From contig NC_057728.1 in NCBI RefSeq assembly GCF_004010195.1, positions 44,768,279 to 44,812,912 of the forward strand: 44,634 nt of DNA. The letters are read 5' to 3'. The first letter of the stretch is position 1, and every line of letters starts with the position of its first letter. The notes under the pieces were generated by a model. The model was not told where the DNA came from. It was given only the letters and a program-made list of their open reading frames with translations, and made no database searches. Below, piece after piece: positions 1-12,900 of the stretch. The translations under genes were made by a program, and so were the position numbers. This stretch comes from Chiloscyllium plagiosum. Lineage: Eukaryota.

Positions 1-155
1 AGTGGAGGAAATGTGCTGGAGGGCATTGTTGATCATGTGGGAGGGGATATTGCGGTCCTTGAAAGAGGAGGCCACCTGGGATGTCTTGGAGTGAAATTGA
101 CACTCATGGGACTGGATGTGGTGGAGACCAGAGGAATTGGGAGTAAGTGATAGCA
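1..155 (-). mobile_element. Penelope-like element RT thumb-region fragment (degraded, runs off window)
   Basis: Minus strand reads, with frameshifts, AITYSQFL...FHSKTSQVASSFKDRNIPSHMINNALQHI, matching the PLE IPYSQFLRLRRICS region. Confidence 0.7.
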
Positions 156-1139
156 ATTAGGAAAAGGACCCCAATAAAGGATATTAAGAAACTTCTTCTC
201 ATCACACACTAGATGTCCAGACTTTCCAACAATCTCCCCAACCTCCTCTGCACCTTACAATTTCCCCACATGAAGGAGGGTGCCTGCTTTTGGGCAGACT
301 ACTTTCAGAAGACTAGGGGTCTCTGGTCCTAAATAGCACCAGGAATGACCAGCTGAGTCTTCCAGGTTCAACAGCCGACTACAGAGCATGATCTCACCAC
401 CTACTGAGGGTATGCTTGACATAGGTCACACCTCTTCATTGATAAACTTTCACTTCTGTAAATATATTTTCACTTGCACCGTTTAAAATGTTTATTATAG
501 TATAACTTTCCCTGTGCAACCTGGTTAGGCGGCATCAGTTTGAGGAATGAGTAACTTCTTCAGACACTCTAAGGATGAAAGAAGTTACAAGCTTTGCTCG
601 TCTCTCTCTCTCTCTCTTAGATAATGGATGCCCTTCTGTTGAAGTGGTAAGTTGAAGCCAGATAGGTCATATTACTTAATCAGTAGAGGCTAGATTACTA
701 CAATTGTCCCTGACAGCATCTGCCATTTCCAAGAGTTTTACTCTACTCCTGAAGATCAAAAGGGAACTTACTTTCTCCCACTTTGTATGAGTTGTCAACC
801 ATTTTGTGCCATTATTGTGCAGTTGACTTTTGATCTGAAATGGCATGATTCTAGCTTTGTGGTCTTGGAAGTGAGTTGCAGGCTTTGCCTATGATGCAAG
901 AGATTTCCCATTCTTCATGTTCCCTTTGTTTTGCTGTCTCTGTCGCTGCAATAATCTTTAAGTCTTTTCCTACTTCTGTTGAGTCCATTCATATGACAGT
1001 TAATGTACCCACCTTACCCGAAGTCCATGACTTTGGACATTTTCACACCTTTGATGGCTCTATATACTTCCCAAACAGAGACCAGAGTAATTGTGACCTG
1101 TGAGAATTCCCCATCCCTGAGCTCCCAGTCCCCTCCTAC

Positions 1140-2070
1140 TGACTTTTCCTAATATGCATTATTGATTTGGATTTTGGTGTGCAGGGAATAATTTCAAAAT
1201 TTTCAGATTACACTAAACTTGGAAGAATTGTAAACTTTGAGGAGGATACTGTGGAAATCTATAAGGACATTGACAAGTTGGTAGAGTGAACGAACATGTG
1301 GCAGATGAGGTTCCATGCAGATAAGTGTGAGGTGATCCACTTTAGTTGGAAGAATATGAAAAGACACTATAAATTTGGGGTTACAATTCTAAAGGGAGCA
1401 GGAGCAGAGGGACTTGGTGTACTTGTGCAAACATCATTGCAGGTGGCAGGACAGGTACAGACAACTGTTAGTAAAGCATAGTGTTCTCAGCTTTATGTAC
1501 ATAGGGACAAAGAGTACAAAAGCAGACAGTTGTTGTTGAACTTGTACAAGGCACTTGTAAGACCTCAGCAGGAGTGCTGTGTACAGGTGTGGGCATCACA
1601 TTATAGAAAAAATATGAATATATTGGAAAAAATGCAGAGATAATTTACAAGAATGATGCCAGAAATGAGAAACCTGAGTTATGATGGTAGATTGAAATAT
1701 TTGGGACCGTTCTCCTTGGAGGGGAGAAGGCTGAGAGAAGGTTTGATAAAGGTGTATCGAACCATAAAGTGAGCTGGACAGAGAAGATAGAAGAACCTGT
1801 TCTCACTCATCAATAAAAATAAAGTAGATTTAAAGTGGTGTGCCAAAAGACAAAAGATTGATGCGAGAAAAAGCCTTTTTAACACAGCAAGTTCTTAGGG
1901 TATGAAATGCACTGCCTGGAAATGTGATGGAGGCAAATTCAATTCATGCACTCAATAGGACGTTTGATGATTATTTGGATATGAAGAAAAGGCAGAGAAT
2001 TAGCAGTAGATAATTGAAACAGAACAGATAGGATGGACTGAATGACCTACCTGCAACATAACAATTCTGT
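1140..2070 (+). mobile_element. CR1 LINE, 5'-truncated degraded 3' part
   Basis: IIDLDFGVQGIISKFSDYTKLG...WQMRFHADKCEVIHF, then CR1 C-terminal motifs and a 3' UTR-like end; stops and frameshifts present. Confidence 0.85.
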
Positions 2071-2485
2071 CTTTATAAGATTCAGTCTGAACTCCCCTCT
2101 TTTCTTTCTGAAACTGCCTCCTATCACTATCACCATTCCTTCAGCAACCCACAGAACACCATCATTAGGCTTGGGCTACCTCCTTTGTCCAACAATCTGT
2201 GGACTGCTATCCAGATAAGACATTTGACGAATGTCATGACAATGTCTTACAACCCTGAATGTGTTTAACTTTTAAGTACTATTTTTAAAACAAAGATACT
2301 CAAGCCAAAAGATGGCTGAGGATATATATTCTGTGGTTGTCTGAGATCTCTATCTGGATTATACATATTGGGAGAGGAATCATGGAATTCCAGATGTGAA
2401 GAGTGTTAAGAGAACTACAGATGGCAACACTTGAACTGGAGAGATGACATTCAGAAAAATGGAACCTTCATTTTCTGTGGGTTGT

Positions 2486-4235
2486 TTCTCAGACTGGTCC
2501 TCCACTCATCCCTGAAACATCTGGATAACCACGATACCTATATCAGGTTCCTATGTACTGACTGCAGTTCTGCCTACAACACCATAATTCCAAGCAATCT
2601 CATCTCTAAACTCCAAGACCTTGGTCTTGGATCCCCACTCTGCAATGGGATCCTTGACTTCCTGACCCATAGAGCTCAATCAATACAACTGGGTGACAAC
2701 ATTTCCTCTATCATAATCCTCAACACCGGTGCCCCAGCAAGACTGTATACTTAGCCCCCACTATACTCTTTATACATTGATGACTATGTTGCCAAATTCC
2801 ATCCCAACTTCATTAACAAATTTGCTGATGAGACCAGAGTTGTATGTCAGATCTCAGGCAATAATGAGGCAAAATACAGGAAAGAGATTTAGTGCATAAC
2901 GAAATGGTATAAAGTCAATAATGTCACCATCAACATCAGCAAAACAAAACAGCTGGTTATTAACTTCAGGAAGAAGAGTGGAGGGCATGTTCCTCTCTGT
3001 GTCAATGGTGCTGAGGTGAAGATGGTTGAAAGCATCATGTTCCTGGGAGTGATGATCACCAATAATCTGTCCTGGTCCACCCATGGGATACAATGGTCAA
3101 GAAAGCACAACAACCTCTCTAGTTCCTCAGAAGGCTAAGGAAATTCAGAATGTCTACAAGAACTCTTACCAATTTTTATAGATGCACCACAGTGTGATGA
3201 TGTTTTGGCCTTAAGAGGTGTGTTTTATCCTGGTTTATTTTAGACAGAGAATGGAGGACTGGTGCTGAGCTGTTAATGAGAAGAATAACAACTTGTGAAG
3301 CCTTTTTTTAAAGTTGTAACAATAGAAGCAGCCTGAGTGTGTATGGTCGGGGGCAACTATCACAGATCCAGAATTTTTAATTAGCTTTCTGCAATTGTTG
3401 CTGATGTTTCAGCCAGGTTGGAAGGTCGTGAATCTCTCTTGGCTGCCATACTGTCTGTCTCAAAATTGTCTTTTGATGTTCTTTCCTCCTGCATTGGAGA
3501 ACTGTATGGGAAACATTTTGTTTTCTGAATTTTCCTATTGCCAATGGTGTGTTTATGGACTGTGACTATATTGGAACAGGTCCTGTTTAGTCATAAAATA
3601 ACCTATTGTGCTTTACTTTTTCCAATAGAGTTAAGTTATTCCAAGTTTCTCTTTTTTTTGTATTTTACCTATAATGCTTGAAAAATTATGTTTTGCCTAA
3701 TGTCGAACAGTTTGGCCAATCAAATTGCACCTTGAACACAGTACTTCACATCTACCTTTAAAATAAGAAAAAAGTTAGCATCTGGGATGCCTTCTTAATA
3801 TGTTTTGAGGGTGTCTGATCTGGTCCATAACAATAGAAGGAATTCTATCTGGATGCATCACAGCATGGTATAGTAATTGCTCATCCCAAGACTGTAAGAA
3901 ATGACAGACAGTCGTGAACACAGCCCAATCCATCACACAAACCAGCCTTTCATCCATTGATTCCATCTACACTTCCTGCTGCATTGGGAAAGCAATGACA
4001 TAATCAAAGACCCCTCCCAGCCTGGTTATTCTCTCTTCCACCTTCTTTTATCAGGCAGAAGATATAAATGTTTCAACTTATATATGAACAGATTTAAGAA
4101 CAGCTTCTTCCCTGCTGATATCAGACATTTGAACAGACCTCTCAAATGTTAATTCTGATCCCTCTCTCTGCACCTTCTCTACAGCTGTCATACTGAATTC
4201 TGCACTCTATTCTGTTACCCTGATGCACTTCGTAT
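2486..4235 (+). mobile_element. Rex1/Babar-type LINE RT fragment, interrupted by a solo LTR
   Basis: [46 protein letters not shown]; the reading resumes at 3833 with IEGILSGCITAWYSNCS. Confidence 0.85.
3193..3832. mobile_element. Solo LTR (probably Gypsy-type) inserted in Rex1
   Basis: TGTGATG...CATAACA termini; 4-bp TSD ACAG (3189-3192) / ATAG (3833-3836); cleanly splits the Rex1 coding sequence. Confidence 0.8.
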
Positions 4236-5625
4236 AATCCATATGGCCACTTCCTCCCCTATGTGCTTGAAAGCAGAAACACTAGTCTACTAGCTATTTA
4301 GCAGTTCAGGTTTCACTGAGCTAAGGTTTGCTCTGAGAACTTCCTTTGGACATCCCTGTGTTTGCAGGTAAAAAGAAATAATGTTCCTCTCTGGTGAAAA
4401 CAAGTCATCAGAACTTCTTTCAAGTAACATTCCCAAAATAACTTAGGACAAGTCATCAGCAAGGCCACTGTTGAAGGAGACTGTATAAACTCCTTTTAAA
4501 CTAAATGTAGAATCAAGAGTCTCCAAACACTATTCAATTTCTAAAGTCAGCGTCATCAGAATCACCATCTAATGGCAGCTACTTTTGACAATCTAGTCAT
4601 CATGGGCAATCCCAAGACTGATTCATTGGTGTTCTAACAGGTTTCAACAAGGGAAGGGATCCTTTCTCGATTTGCTTTGGTGCAGCCAACCAAGGGAGAA
4701 ATTGAGCAAAGAAGAGGAGTCAGTTCATTCTTCCTCAACTGGGAGCACATCAATCTGGGAGTATCTCATTGTAAGCCTGAAGGATGGTGAGTGGGGAGGC
4801 AGCAAGTTCAAGGGTTGATCCAGGAAGATTGTGATGTCTGTGTCGTTGTTGGCAGGCGAGGGCTTGGGCCCAATTTTGGACCAACATCAAAGTCCCGAAA
4901 TCCCTGGACAAACTAGTTCCCTGTGACAGAGCAAAGAACAATTATAATGTTGACTGAGGCCCTTCATCCCATTTCTTCTTTATCATCTATTTGAAATAGT
5001 AAGATAAAACTAACCCCTTTCCCTTTTTTCCCTTAGCTATGCCACAAAATATTAGCCAAATATTTGCATTTCAAAATAATAACTGAATACAGAGAAATTT
5101 ATAAACTCATTGGTTGCTCATAAATTGTCAGCTTCTCTCATTTGTTATCTATATATTAATTTTCAACTGTTTCTTGGATCTATCAGTTTGTGTTAATGGC
5201 TATAACTATCCAGTTTAATAAAGCCATCAGTACTGTTATAAAGTTGAAGACATGTATTGTACCGTTAAAATGGAGTAAATACTATTATGAACTGAGAGCT
5301 GACAAGCCACCTGTGGTGACTAGATAGCAGTCTCAGAATGTAATGGAAAATTGAAAATATATAACATTTAGCTGTGAAATGGTTACCTGAGTTGGTTGCT
5401 GTTTTGACAATTCAAATTTAACCAATCAGTTTATATTATGCCCCAGAATACTAAAACCCAATCTAGTTTGAATTTATTGTTTTGCCAACATCTAACCAGT
5501 GAGATAATCCAATGTTGGGGATATAAGAAGGCAGGTACTTTGAAAGTTGCAGATGGAGCAACTGCCATCAATACAGATCCAAGAAATTAGGAAACAATCT
5601 CTATCAAAGGCACCTATTCATATGA

Positions 5626-5817
5626 GGAGAAAGTGAGGTCTGCAGATGCTGGAGATCAAAGTTGAAACTTTATTGCTGGAACAGCACAGCAGGTCAGGCA
5701 GCATCCAGGGAACAGGAGATTCGACGTTCCTGAAGAAGGGCCTGTGCCCGAAACGTTGAATCTCCTGTTCCCTGGATGCTGCCTGACCTGCTGTGCTGTT
5801 CCAGCAATAAAGTTTCA
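5626..5817. mobile_element. PLE 3'-end fold-back insertion with hammerhead core
   Basis: Head-to-head arms; perfect 14-bp TSD ACCTATTCATATGA (5612-5625 / 5818-5831). Confidence 0.9.
5726..5761 (+). ncRNA. Minimal hammerhead ribozyme-like motif
   Basis: CTGAAGA-A-GGGC-CTGT-GCCC-GAAAC-GTT, with short stem I GTTC/GAAT. Confidence 0.65.
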
Positions 5818-6624
5818 ACCTATTCATATGAAACATAGTCACAGTAAAAAGGAAGAAGATGACCCAGGGAGATCTTCAGCTGAAAGAAGACAGTTATCAA
5901 AGACAATAGGTATGGCTTTGAAATTAAATTCATGTAATTTTAATAAGTGGTTTGTTGGAACAGTATATTGTTATAGAGTTGGAGGCAGATAATAAGCTGT
6001 TAGGAGAAATGGGGGCTTAGACTTGTGAATAGTTGTTATTTAATGTTCACTTTTAGAGTTAAAAAATAAATTGATGTTATTTTCTTTAAATAGTGGAACT
6101 TGGGGAGTTCTCTGTCACTCATATTTTAACAGATTACAAGGTGAGGTGAGCTTTTCTGGGTTTTTGATTAAAATAACACAAGTGTTCACCACTGTGTTAT
6201 AACAGTATGCAATAGAGTTCACTTAACTGAATTCCAGTAGCTCAATTATATGTTTCCAAAATCCCTTAGGGCCATCCACTTTAATTCTTATTTCTAACCT
6301 TTACCCATTGTGTGTGTTTTTTTCCTGTTTCCTCTTTGTGGTAAAACATGTTAAGATGTCACAAATGTAAATTGTTGTTCTTATAAAGCACTGTGATCCA
6401 TGTGAACTTAATAAAACAGATAGTCATAGCATCCAGGTAAAGCTGGCAGGCAACCTATCAGATTGATCGGCAGTTTAAGACTACAATTGTGATAAGATTA
6501 AAGTGGAAGTCACATTTATTGACATGCATCTTGAATCCATCAATATCTCCAATAATAACAAATATTTGATTGAGTAAGCATTTTTGACAAGAATATACAT
6601 TTTAAGTTTTGCACCATAGTCACA

Positions 6625-7467
6625 GGGGCTGAAATTTTTCTGAAGCTGTTTTGCTGTATTAAAACAAAATCTGTAAATGGAAAATAAAGGAGGCCTAGTG
6701 TTTGTTAGAATTCCCCTGATCTGTTTCATCATTCTGATACTTTGCATAACAAATTGCTGCAAGTGGGAGATGAAAACAACATGAAAGCATCTGGAATCTG
6801 CATGCGCAGAGCAAATGATTGTATATCTTCTAAAACAACAGATTAGAACATTCTGAAATGAACAGCATAAGACCTGAACAAGCTATTGAAAGTTAGAATT
6901 GTGAATAAAAATGTTAAATTAGGTGCAGAAAAAGAAATTTTTAAAAATTGGACAGCAAGAAAGTGAAAGATACAGAAAGAAAATGTTTTAAGATATTTCT
7001 ATTTAAATTTATAAATCTTCTTAAACACATCAAATTTGAAGGAATCGGACTGTTAGTTTTCAATGTCAGAGAGGCTGACTAGGGGTAATTAGGCTGATTA
7101 CATAATTGAAATTCACTTAAATTTCAAATTACTTGACTAAATTTTTCATGGCCAATCAATTTTATAATTATCATTTAAATTCAGAAACTTTATCCTGCTC
7201 AGTATATTTGAATGGGGAGCCAGGTAGCAAGACTGTTTTTTTTGTTAAGCCAATAGCTGAACAACACATTTCTGACAGCAGCTCCTCATTTAAGCACATA
7301 GTTGCAAACCTGCACACACTTGTGGCATTTGCGCATTAAGAAATGTAGTCTTTCATGGGTTATAAGTGTTACTGCCTAGGCCAACATTTATTGGCCAATC
7401 CCTAACTTAAGTAACAGAGGGCGCTATTAGCCATGCCAATAAAAATCTTGATTGCAATTTTTGGGCC
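6625..7467. mobile_element. Possible ancient non-autonomous DNA transposon
   Basis: Weak terminal inverted similarity GGGGCTGAAATT / AATTTTTGGGCC; no TSD resolved. Confidence 0.25.
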
Positions 7468-9380
7468 AAAATCCTTTATAAGTACGACTTCCCGTCCAAT
7501 GATGTTTATTATGAAGTGAAATGCAACAGCTGCAACTAAGCATTAAGTTCTCACAGAAACTAACAAAAGGTCAAAACCTTTACACGGTAGCTGTAACACA
7601 CAGTACACCGCTCTAAACTGTTGTATGTTCACCCTACATTTTAAACGTGCACCTGTTCCTTCATAAATACTCGTTCATTTTCTATGGTGTTGCTCATGGC
7701 CACTACATCAAGACATTTATTTGATTGTACAGATTCCCAAATAAATTCTGCCCTTGGAATAACCCAGTTCTACAGGGAGCATCAGTAAATAATGCTCCTT
7801 TGCCGCATCTCAACAGCATCTAGAGTTGGTTATTAGCTATGCTCAATTACTTCATGTTTGCTTTTATGCATATTGAACAGTAATAATGAAACCTGAGTTA
7901 TTTGTGTTATCAATGAAGGAAAAATATAAGGCCATAAATTCATATTAGCCAGACTGAACTGTTATTTTGCCTCATAGTGGGAATCTGCTATGAACTGTTA
8001 CGTGCCTTTATGTCCATGATTACTGTAATCTGTGTCTAATAAGTTTTGACAGGTTGGGATGTCCTTGGGAAATGGGGATGTAAATTCACTTTGCATGAGA
8101 GACACGATCTCTTCAGGGAATGTATAGTGTTAGCATGTCTTGGGATTATCTTGCCTGTTTTTGCAAACATTAATGCAGCACCATTTTAACAACACAAAAA
8201 AATGTATTTTTAAAATAGATTTTCTTTAATTTTTTTGTCTTTTTTATAGTTTTCGTGAAGTTTGCTCTGGTGTACACTCTGTACTATTGCTGTTCAATAT
8301 CAAAATGTTACACTCTTAATTCACTAATAATATTGTTTCAACATGGAATGAAGGGTGATATTGTGACCAACCTATTGCAGACAGCACAAATAGGACATTG
8401 CAGTCAACCCTTGGCTGTGCTCCTATGATTTTCAAAGATGTACTTGCGAGTGTGACATATCTGAATACGCACAGCCATCATAATTCTTCCTTTTTACAAT
8501 TATCCTGCTCCCCCGCCTCTCCACCAACCTCACCCTCCCACCTCACCTCCAACCCCCTCCCTAACCATCCCCACCCAACAGACACATTCCATTTCCCTAT
8601 TCACCAATTCCACCTACCTTCATAGCCATTGTCCCAGGCTGAGACAGACTGTTTAGAGTCTCACCATTGTCCTTAAATCTGAGCTAAGCTTCAGAACCCA
8701 TATCTTCTCCATTATTGAGTATCATAATGTCCACTTCCATCAGTAGCGTTCTACAGAAAGCTAAATTTCTCTATTTATACTGAATGGATAGCCAATCTGT
8801 GACAACGGCAAATATCCTTCAGGTTACGTAACAAAACCTCTGGCTTTATAAACATTTCCACTGTACACCTGTAAAGCCCACTACCAGCAAATGCCTGGTC
8901 TCTAAATTAACAACTGAGGTATTCCCAAAACACTTCATGTTCTTAGGTTGGGCCAGGCTGTTTACAAACTTGGCCTCTGATTTGGTCTTGTGCTGAGCTC
9001 ACTGACAGCATTTACTCTGCATCACAAAGATCACCTGTTTCCATTTTCTTTTTTGTCCATCTTGGTCCTGTACCATCTTTTGAAACCATTATTCTGCCAG
9101 ACTGCTGGTAAGATGCCCATTATCTAGCCTCCATAAGTATTAGCCTATCCAACACTCCATTGCCCATGACCAATCATATATCACCCCGACACTTCTGTGT
9201 CCAATCTTTTTTCCAATGTCTCAAATTTAAAATCTTCATCTTTGAGTTCAAATCCATTTATGGCCCCATAACTTCCAACAGCCATGACATTTCTTTTCCA
9301 CCCTTAAAATAAATATGAATTGCACTCTTGCTACTTTGTGAATTCTACTTGTTCTTTCCAGGCCTCTAAGCTTTAAGATA

Positions 9381-9710
9381 GGGTGGTATGGTGGCTCAGT
9401 GGTTCGCAATGTTGTCTCACAGCATCAGGGACCTGGGTTCAATTCCAGCCTCGGGAACTTGGAGTTTGCGTATTCTGCCTGTGACTGCGTGAGTTTCCTT
9501 TGGGTGCTCCAGTTTCCTCCCATAGTCCAAAGATGTGTAGATTAGGTAAATTGGCCATGCTAAATTGTTCAGGGATGTGAAGGTTAGGTGCATTGGTCAG
9601 GGAATAATGTAAAGTAATAGGGTAGGGGAAGGTTCTGGTGGGTTACTCTTTGGAGGGTCATTGTGGACTTTTTGGGCCGAAGGGCCTGTTTCCGCACTGC
9701 AGGGATTCTA
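9381..9710 (+). mobile_element. HE1-type V-SINE (tRNA-derived), older copy
   Basis: A box TGGCTCAGTGG, B box GGTTCAATTCC, V-domain GGTGCTCCAGTTTCCTCCCA, CR1-like tail GGGCCGAAGGGCCTGTTTCC. Confidence 0.9.
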
Positions 9711-9826
9711 CAAAAAAAATCTGAATTTCAATCCTTGAGGAATTTCACCTTCTTTTCTTCTCCTTTAAAACACTAATTAAAATGTGCATCAGTACTAATG
9801 TTTCTTCCTTTGTCTCTGTGTCACCT

Positions 9827-9940
9827 TCAGAAGTCACATGACACCTGGTTATAGTCCAACAGGTTTATTTGAAATCATAAGCTTTCAGAACACTACTCCT
9901 TTGTCAGGTGAAGTGAAGTAGAGGCACCTGACAAAGGAGT
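9827..9940. mobile_element. Second-family PLE 3'-end fold-back with degenerate hammerhead
   Basis: Minus strand CACCTGACAAAGGAGTAGTGTTCTGAAAGCTT; perfect 16-bp inverted repeat at 9895-9910 / 9925-9940. Confidence 0.65.
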
Positions 9941-11989
9941 TGAAGTGTTGTCAGATCATGTTTCTGTGAAATTCCTTTGCCAGTGGTCGGGGTTGGGAAG
10001 GTACTACATTAGATGGAAAAAGTAAATGCAAGTTGTAATTCTGAAACTGTAGATATATGATACATAAGCAATTATGGTTATGAGTTTTTGATTGTAGTGA
10101 TCAACTTTATACATGGGGCAAAACTAACTAAACTAGTAGATTTGATCAAATTAAGCAGACAATCCATTTTGGGTTTTGAAACATGAACTTCTGCCTGAAC
10201 AGTACAAAACAGACCATGTGATGTCTTTTTAGCAGAATTCTCTGAAGATGCCAAAACAGCAAATGCCTTTATGGCTGCAGTATTGTAGTAATAAACCAAA
10301 TGCATCTATATCCCCAATGCGCCCTTTCTATAGATCTTTAACCCATATTGATAAATAGCTTTACCTTTTTATAGTAATCTGCTTCTCATTATCTACCATA
10401 TTTTGTGTCAGCTTTTGAAGAGAAAATGTTCACTAAGTTCTAATTTGGTTTAAGAGCACGGACCTTGAATGAGCAAAGAGGCAGTAAAAGGCTCACTTGA
10501 TGATGCAACAATGTAGTCTGACCTATGATATTTTGAGATTTGGGATCCGATTGTTACTTATTGTTTTTCTTCGACTTAATTGTCGATGTTAAGACAGGAA
10601 ATTGAAGAGCACTGGAAACATTGTTATTCTTTTATCAGAATGTGTGGAAAAAGAAGCTCTTTTCTGTCTTAACTAAAACTACTTCAGTTAATTGAATTGC
10701 AGTACAGGTGAAAATATTTCAAAGGATTACTGCAACAACACCTGTTACAGGCCAGTAAAATCAGATTTTAATAGGTCCATGTGACATCCAACCATAGAAA
10801 AATAATGGCAACTGCAGCAGGATACTGATAAGAAACTGAGCATTGATGACATGCCAGCTGTCTGTGAGAAATAACAGAGTTTTATGAACAAGAATGACAT
10901 CTTCTTTATTGACATTTTAATGAGATAATATATTTTATTTTCACTGCTGTGACTGTCCCTTAACTAATCATTAAAACTCAACAATATTTTTTTGACTAGG
11001 TTAAGTCTTGTCATGAAATTTAACACAAACATTTACTAATCTAGTCATGTAAAATGATATTAGTGCTACAGAAGGTAGCTATTCAATATTTCCATCAAAG
11101 GACACAATGGGTTATTAAAGCCTTTACATTGGCACTACTATGTATGTCTCTTCAATTCAATAACCCACATGCAGTTTCTCTGCAATTAAAGCATTACTCT
11201 TTCATTCAGTGAGACGCAAGATAATAACATGATACACAAGCTGCACAATGAGATTTTCTGGTATGGGTGCCTAATTTTTCCTCCCTCATGTGTGATGATA
11301 TTAGATTGACTACAGAAAATGACTTCCACTCTGATCAGACTGTAGAATGAGTGCTTTCATTCCTTTGGAAATTGAGGAGGGGCAAGTGATTGCAAAATAT
11401 TTGAATTCCCATGTGATTTTGGATGAAACACACTGGAAACTAGTAGAATTTCAAATGTTCTAATGCAATAAAATTGAGCCCTCGGCTAAGAATGCTTCCT
11501 CTTGTCTCAGTGTGCAACACACACTATCTGGATTTATTTCAGACCATTGCATCCTTGGACAAAGATGCTTAAGCCTTGCATTAGTGTCATGAGAATAGAG
11601 ACTTGATGTAATAAGCTCCTCACTGTTTAATTGTTTTTTTGTTTGTACTTCAAGATTTGCTTGAAGTCAGCAGAGGACAATTTACTGCCAATTTGTGGTT
11701 ACCCTTTAAATTTGTGGCCTCCCTTATTGAGCTATTTTGTTCTTTGTAGCTCTTATAATGTAGTTAAGAACAAAATTCCAGGAGTAGGGAATTTAACTCA
11801 TTGACAATGAAGGATCAGTGGAATTATATGCAAGTTAGTGTGCTAATTGTAGGGGAAATTAACATTGATGGTATCCAAGACATCACAAACCCTCAATTCT
11901 TTGGTGAAGTGCAGAGAAAATATCTTTATGAACAGATTTAATATAATTTTGAGAATATTTTAATTGTACCTCGAGGATTTTCGTTACTG

Positions 11990-12285
11990 TCTTCTGCTCC
12001 AGCTCAGTCTTTGCTGCAAGACTGGCAGCGATAGTGATGGAGCAGCCCGGTCCCAGGATCCAGCTGATTTTCAGCTTCAGGAGGCAGAGCCAACAAGATT
12101 GCGGCTGAATAGGCTAGTCGGAGTGGAGGCCTCAACCAGACATCATCAACTGGACAAATTCCAAGCCTGCTACTTTAATTTCTTGTTTTTTTATATAAAA
12201 ATCCAGGATGTTGCCAGAATGTGGCAACTCTTGGCAGTTTTCACTGTATTCTGGTACACATGGCAATAAATTTAATCTAATCTAA
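11990..12285 (+). mobile_element. Non-autonomous retroelement with Rex1-like 3' tail
   Basis: GC-richer body ending TTTTCACTGTATTCTGGTACACATGGCAATAAA followed by (AATCT)n. Confidence 0.5.
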
Positions 12286-12519
12286 TAATAAATTTAACAG
12301 ACAAGAGGAAATTAGATTAAATAAAGAAGCATGTAGTAAGGGGCACAAAACCTATATCATTAACAAATATGCACCGTAAAGAACAAACAGGAACTTGCCC
12401 TCAGTTAATATTTCTTCTAGTCTCTACTAATAACAGCAGCTGCCCAGCTCCAGATGTCAGATCTTCCTCACCTTCTTCCCTGAACATTTCTTGCTTACCT
12501 GTAGAGCTCCAAGATAATT

Positions 12520-12900
12520 GGGCTGAGGACATTATTCTGAGGAATAGTTTATGTGATTACCACAGACTGTGATGACTTCCCGTCCATAAGCCATCGCCAC
12601 AAGTGGAAAATTTTTATTTTAGCCTCCAGGAAATTCTTCATTGCTGGGGCTTCTTGGTACTATAAGGTCAACTGCTGTTATGATATCAAGGGCATCTTCT
12701 GTTTCCTTTTCTCTGGCAATCAACTCTTGAGCCCAATCAGGATCAATATTGTGAAGAAATCTGGAGGTGAGTGATTGTGACACAATTCAAGCGCAGTGTA
12801 GGTGAACAAGTTACTAATGCTGCGTGAAAACATGATTGAAAATCTCTTCCATCATTTTACTTATAATCGGCAGAAGGTCGCTGAAGTGATCATTAATCAG
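12520..12900 (-). mobile_element. Highly degraded LINE RT fragment related to the 14480-22910 element
   Basis: Minus strand LLPIISKMMEE...HSPPDFFTIL..ALDIITAVD..VLSPIIL parallels the RT at 19130-22100. Confidence 0.55.

Larger units (their letters stand above)
5234..6204 (+). mobile_element. Solo LTR
   Basis: Perfect 7-bp terminal inverted repeat TGTTATA...TATAACA; TSD GTAC/GTAT; CCAAT boxes, a TATA-like ATATAAG near 5521 and AATAAA near 6065. Confidence 0.75.
8620..10040 (+). mobile_element. Old L2 LINE 3' fragment, interrupted by an HE1 SINE and a PLE fragment
   Basis: L2-like segments: CTGAGCTAAGCTTCAGAACCCATATC, KFKIFIFEFKSIYG (9220-9265), and tail-like TGTGAA...AAATGCAAGTTGT. Confidence 0.6.

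Noticed and set aside
601..617. (CT)n microsatellite; also (AC)n near 32707 and TA/TG runs near 34815
   Set aside because: Short ordinary microsatellites with no further signal.
10200..10330. Possible exon after TTTTTAG (EFSEDAKTANAFMAAVL)
   Set aside because: Short, ends in stops, no recognisable protein and no partner exons.
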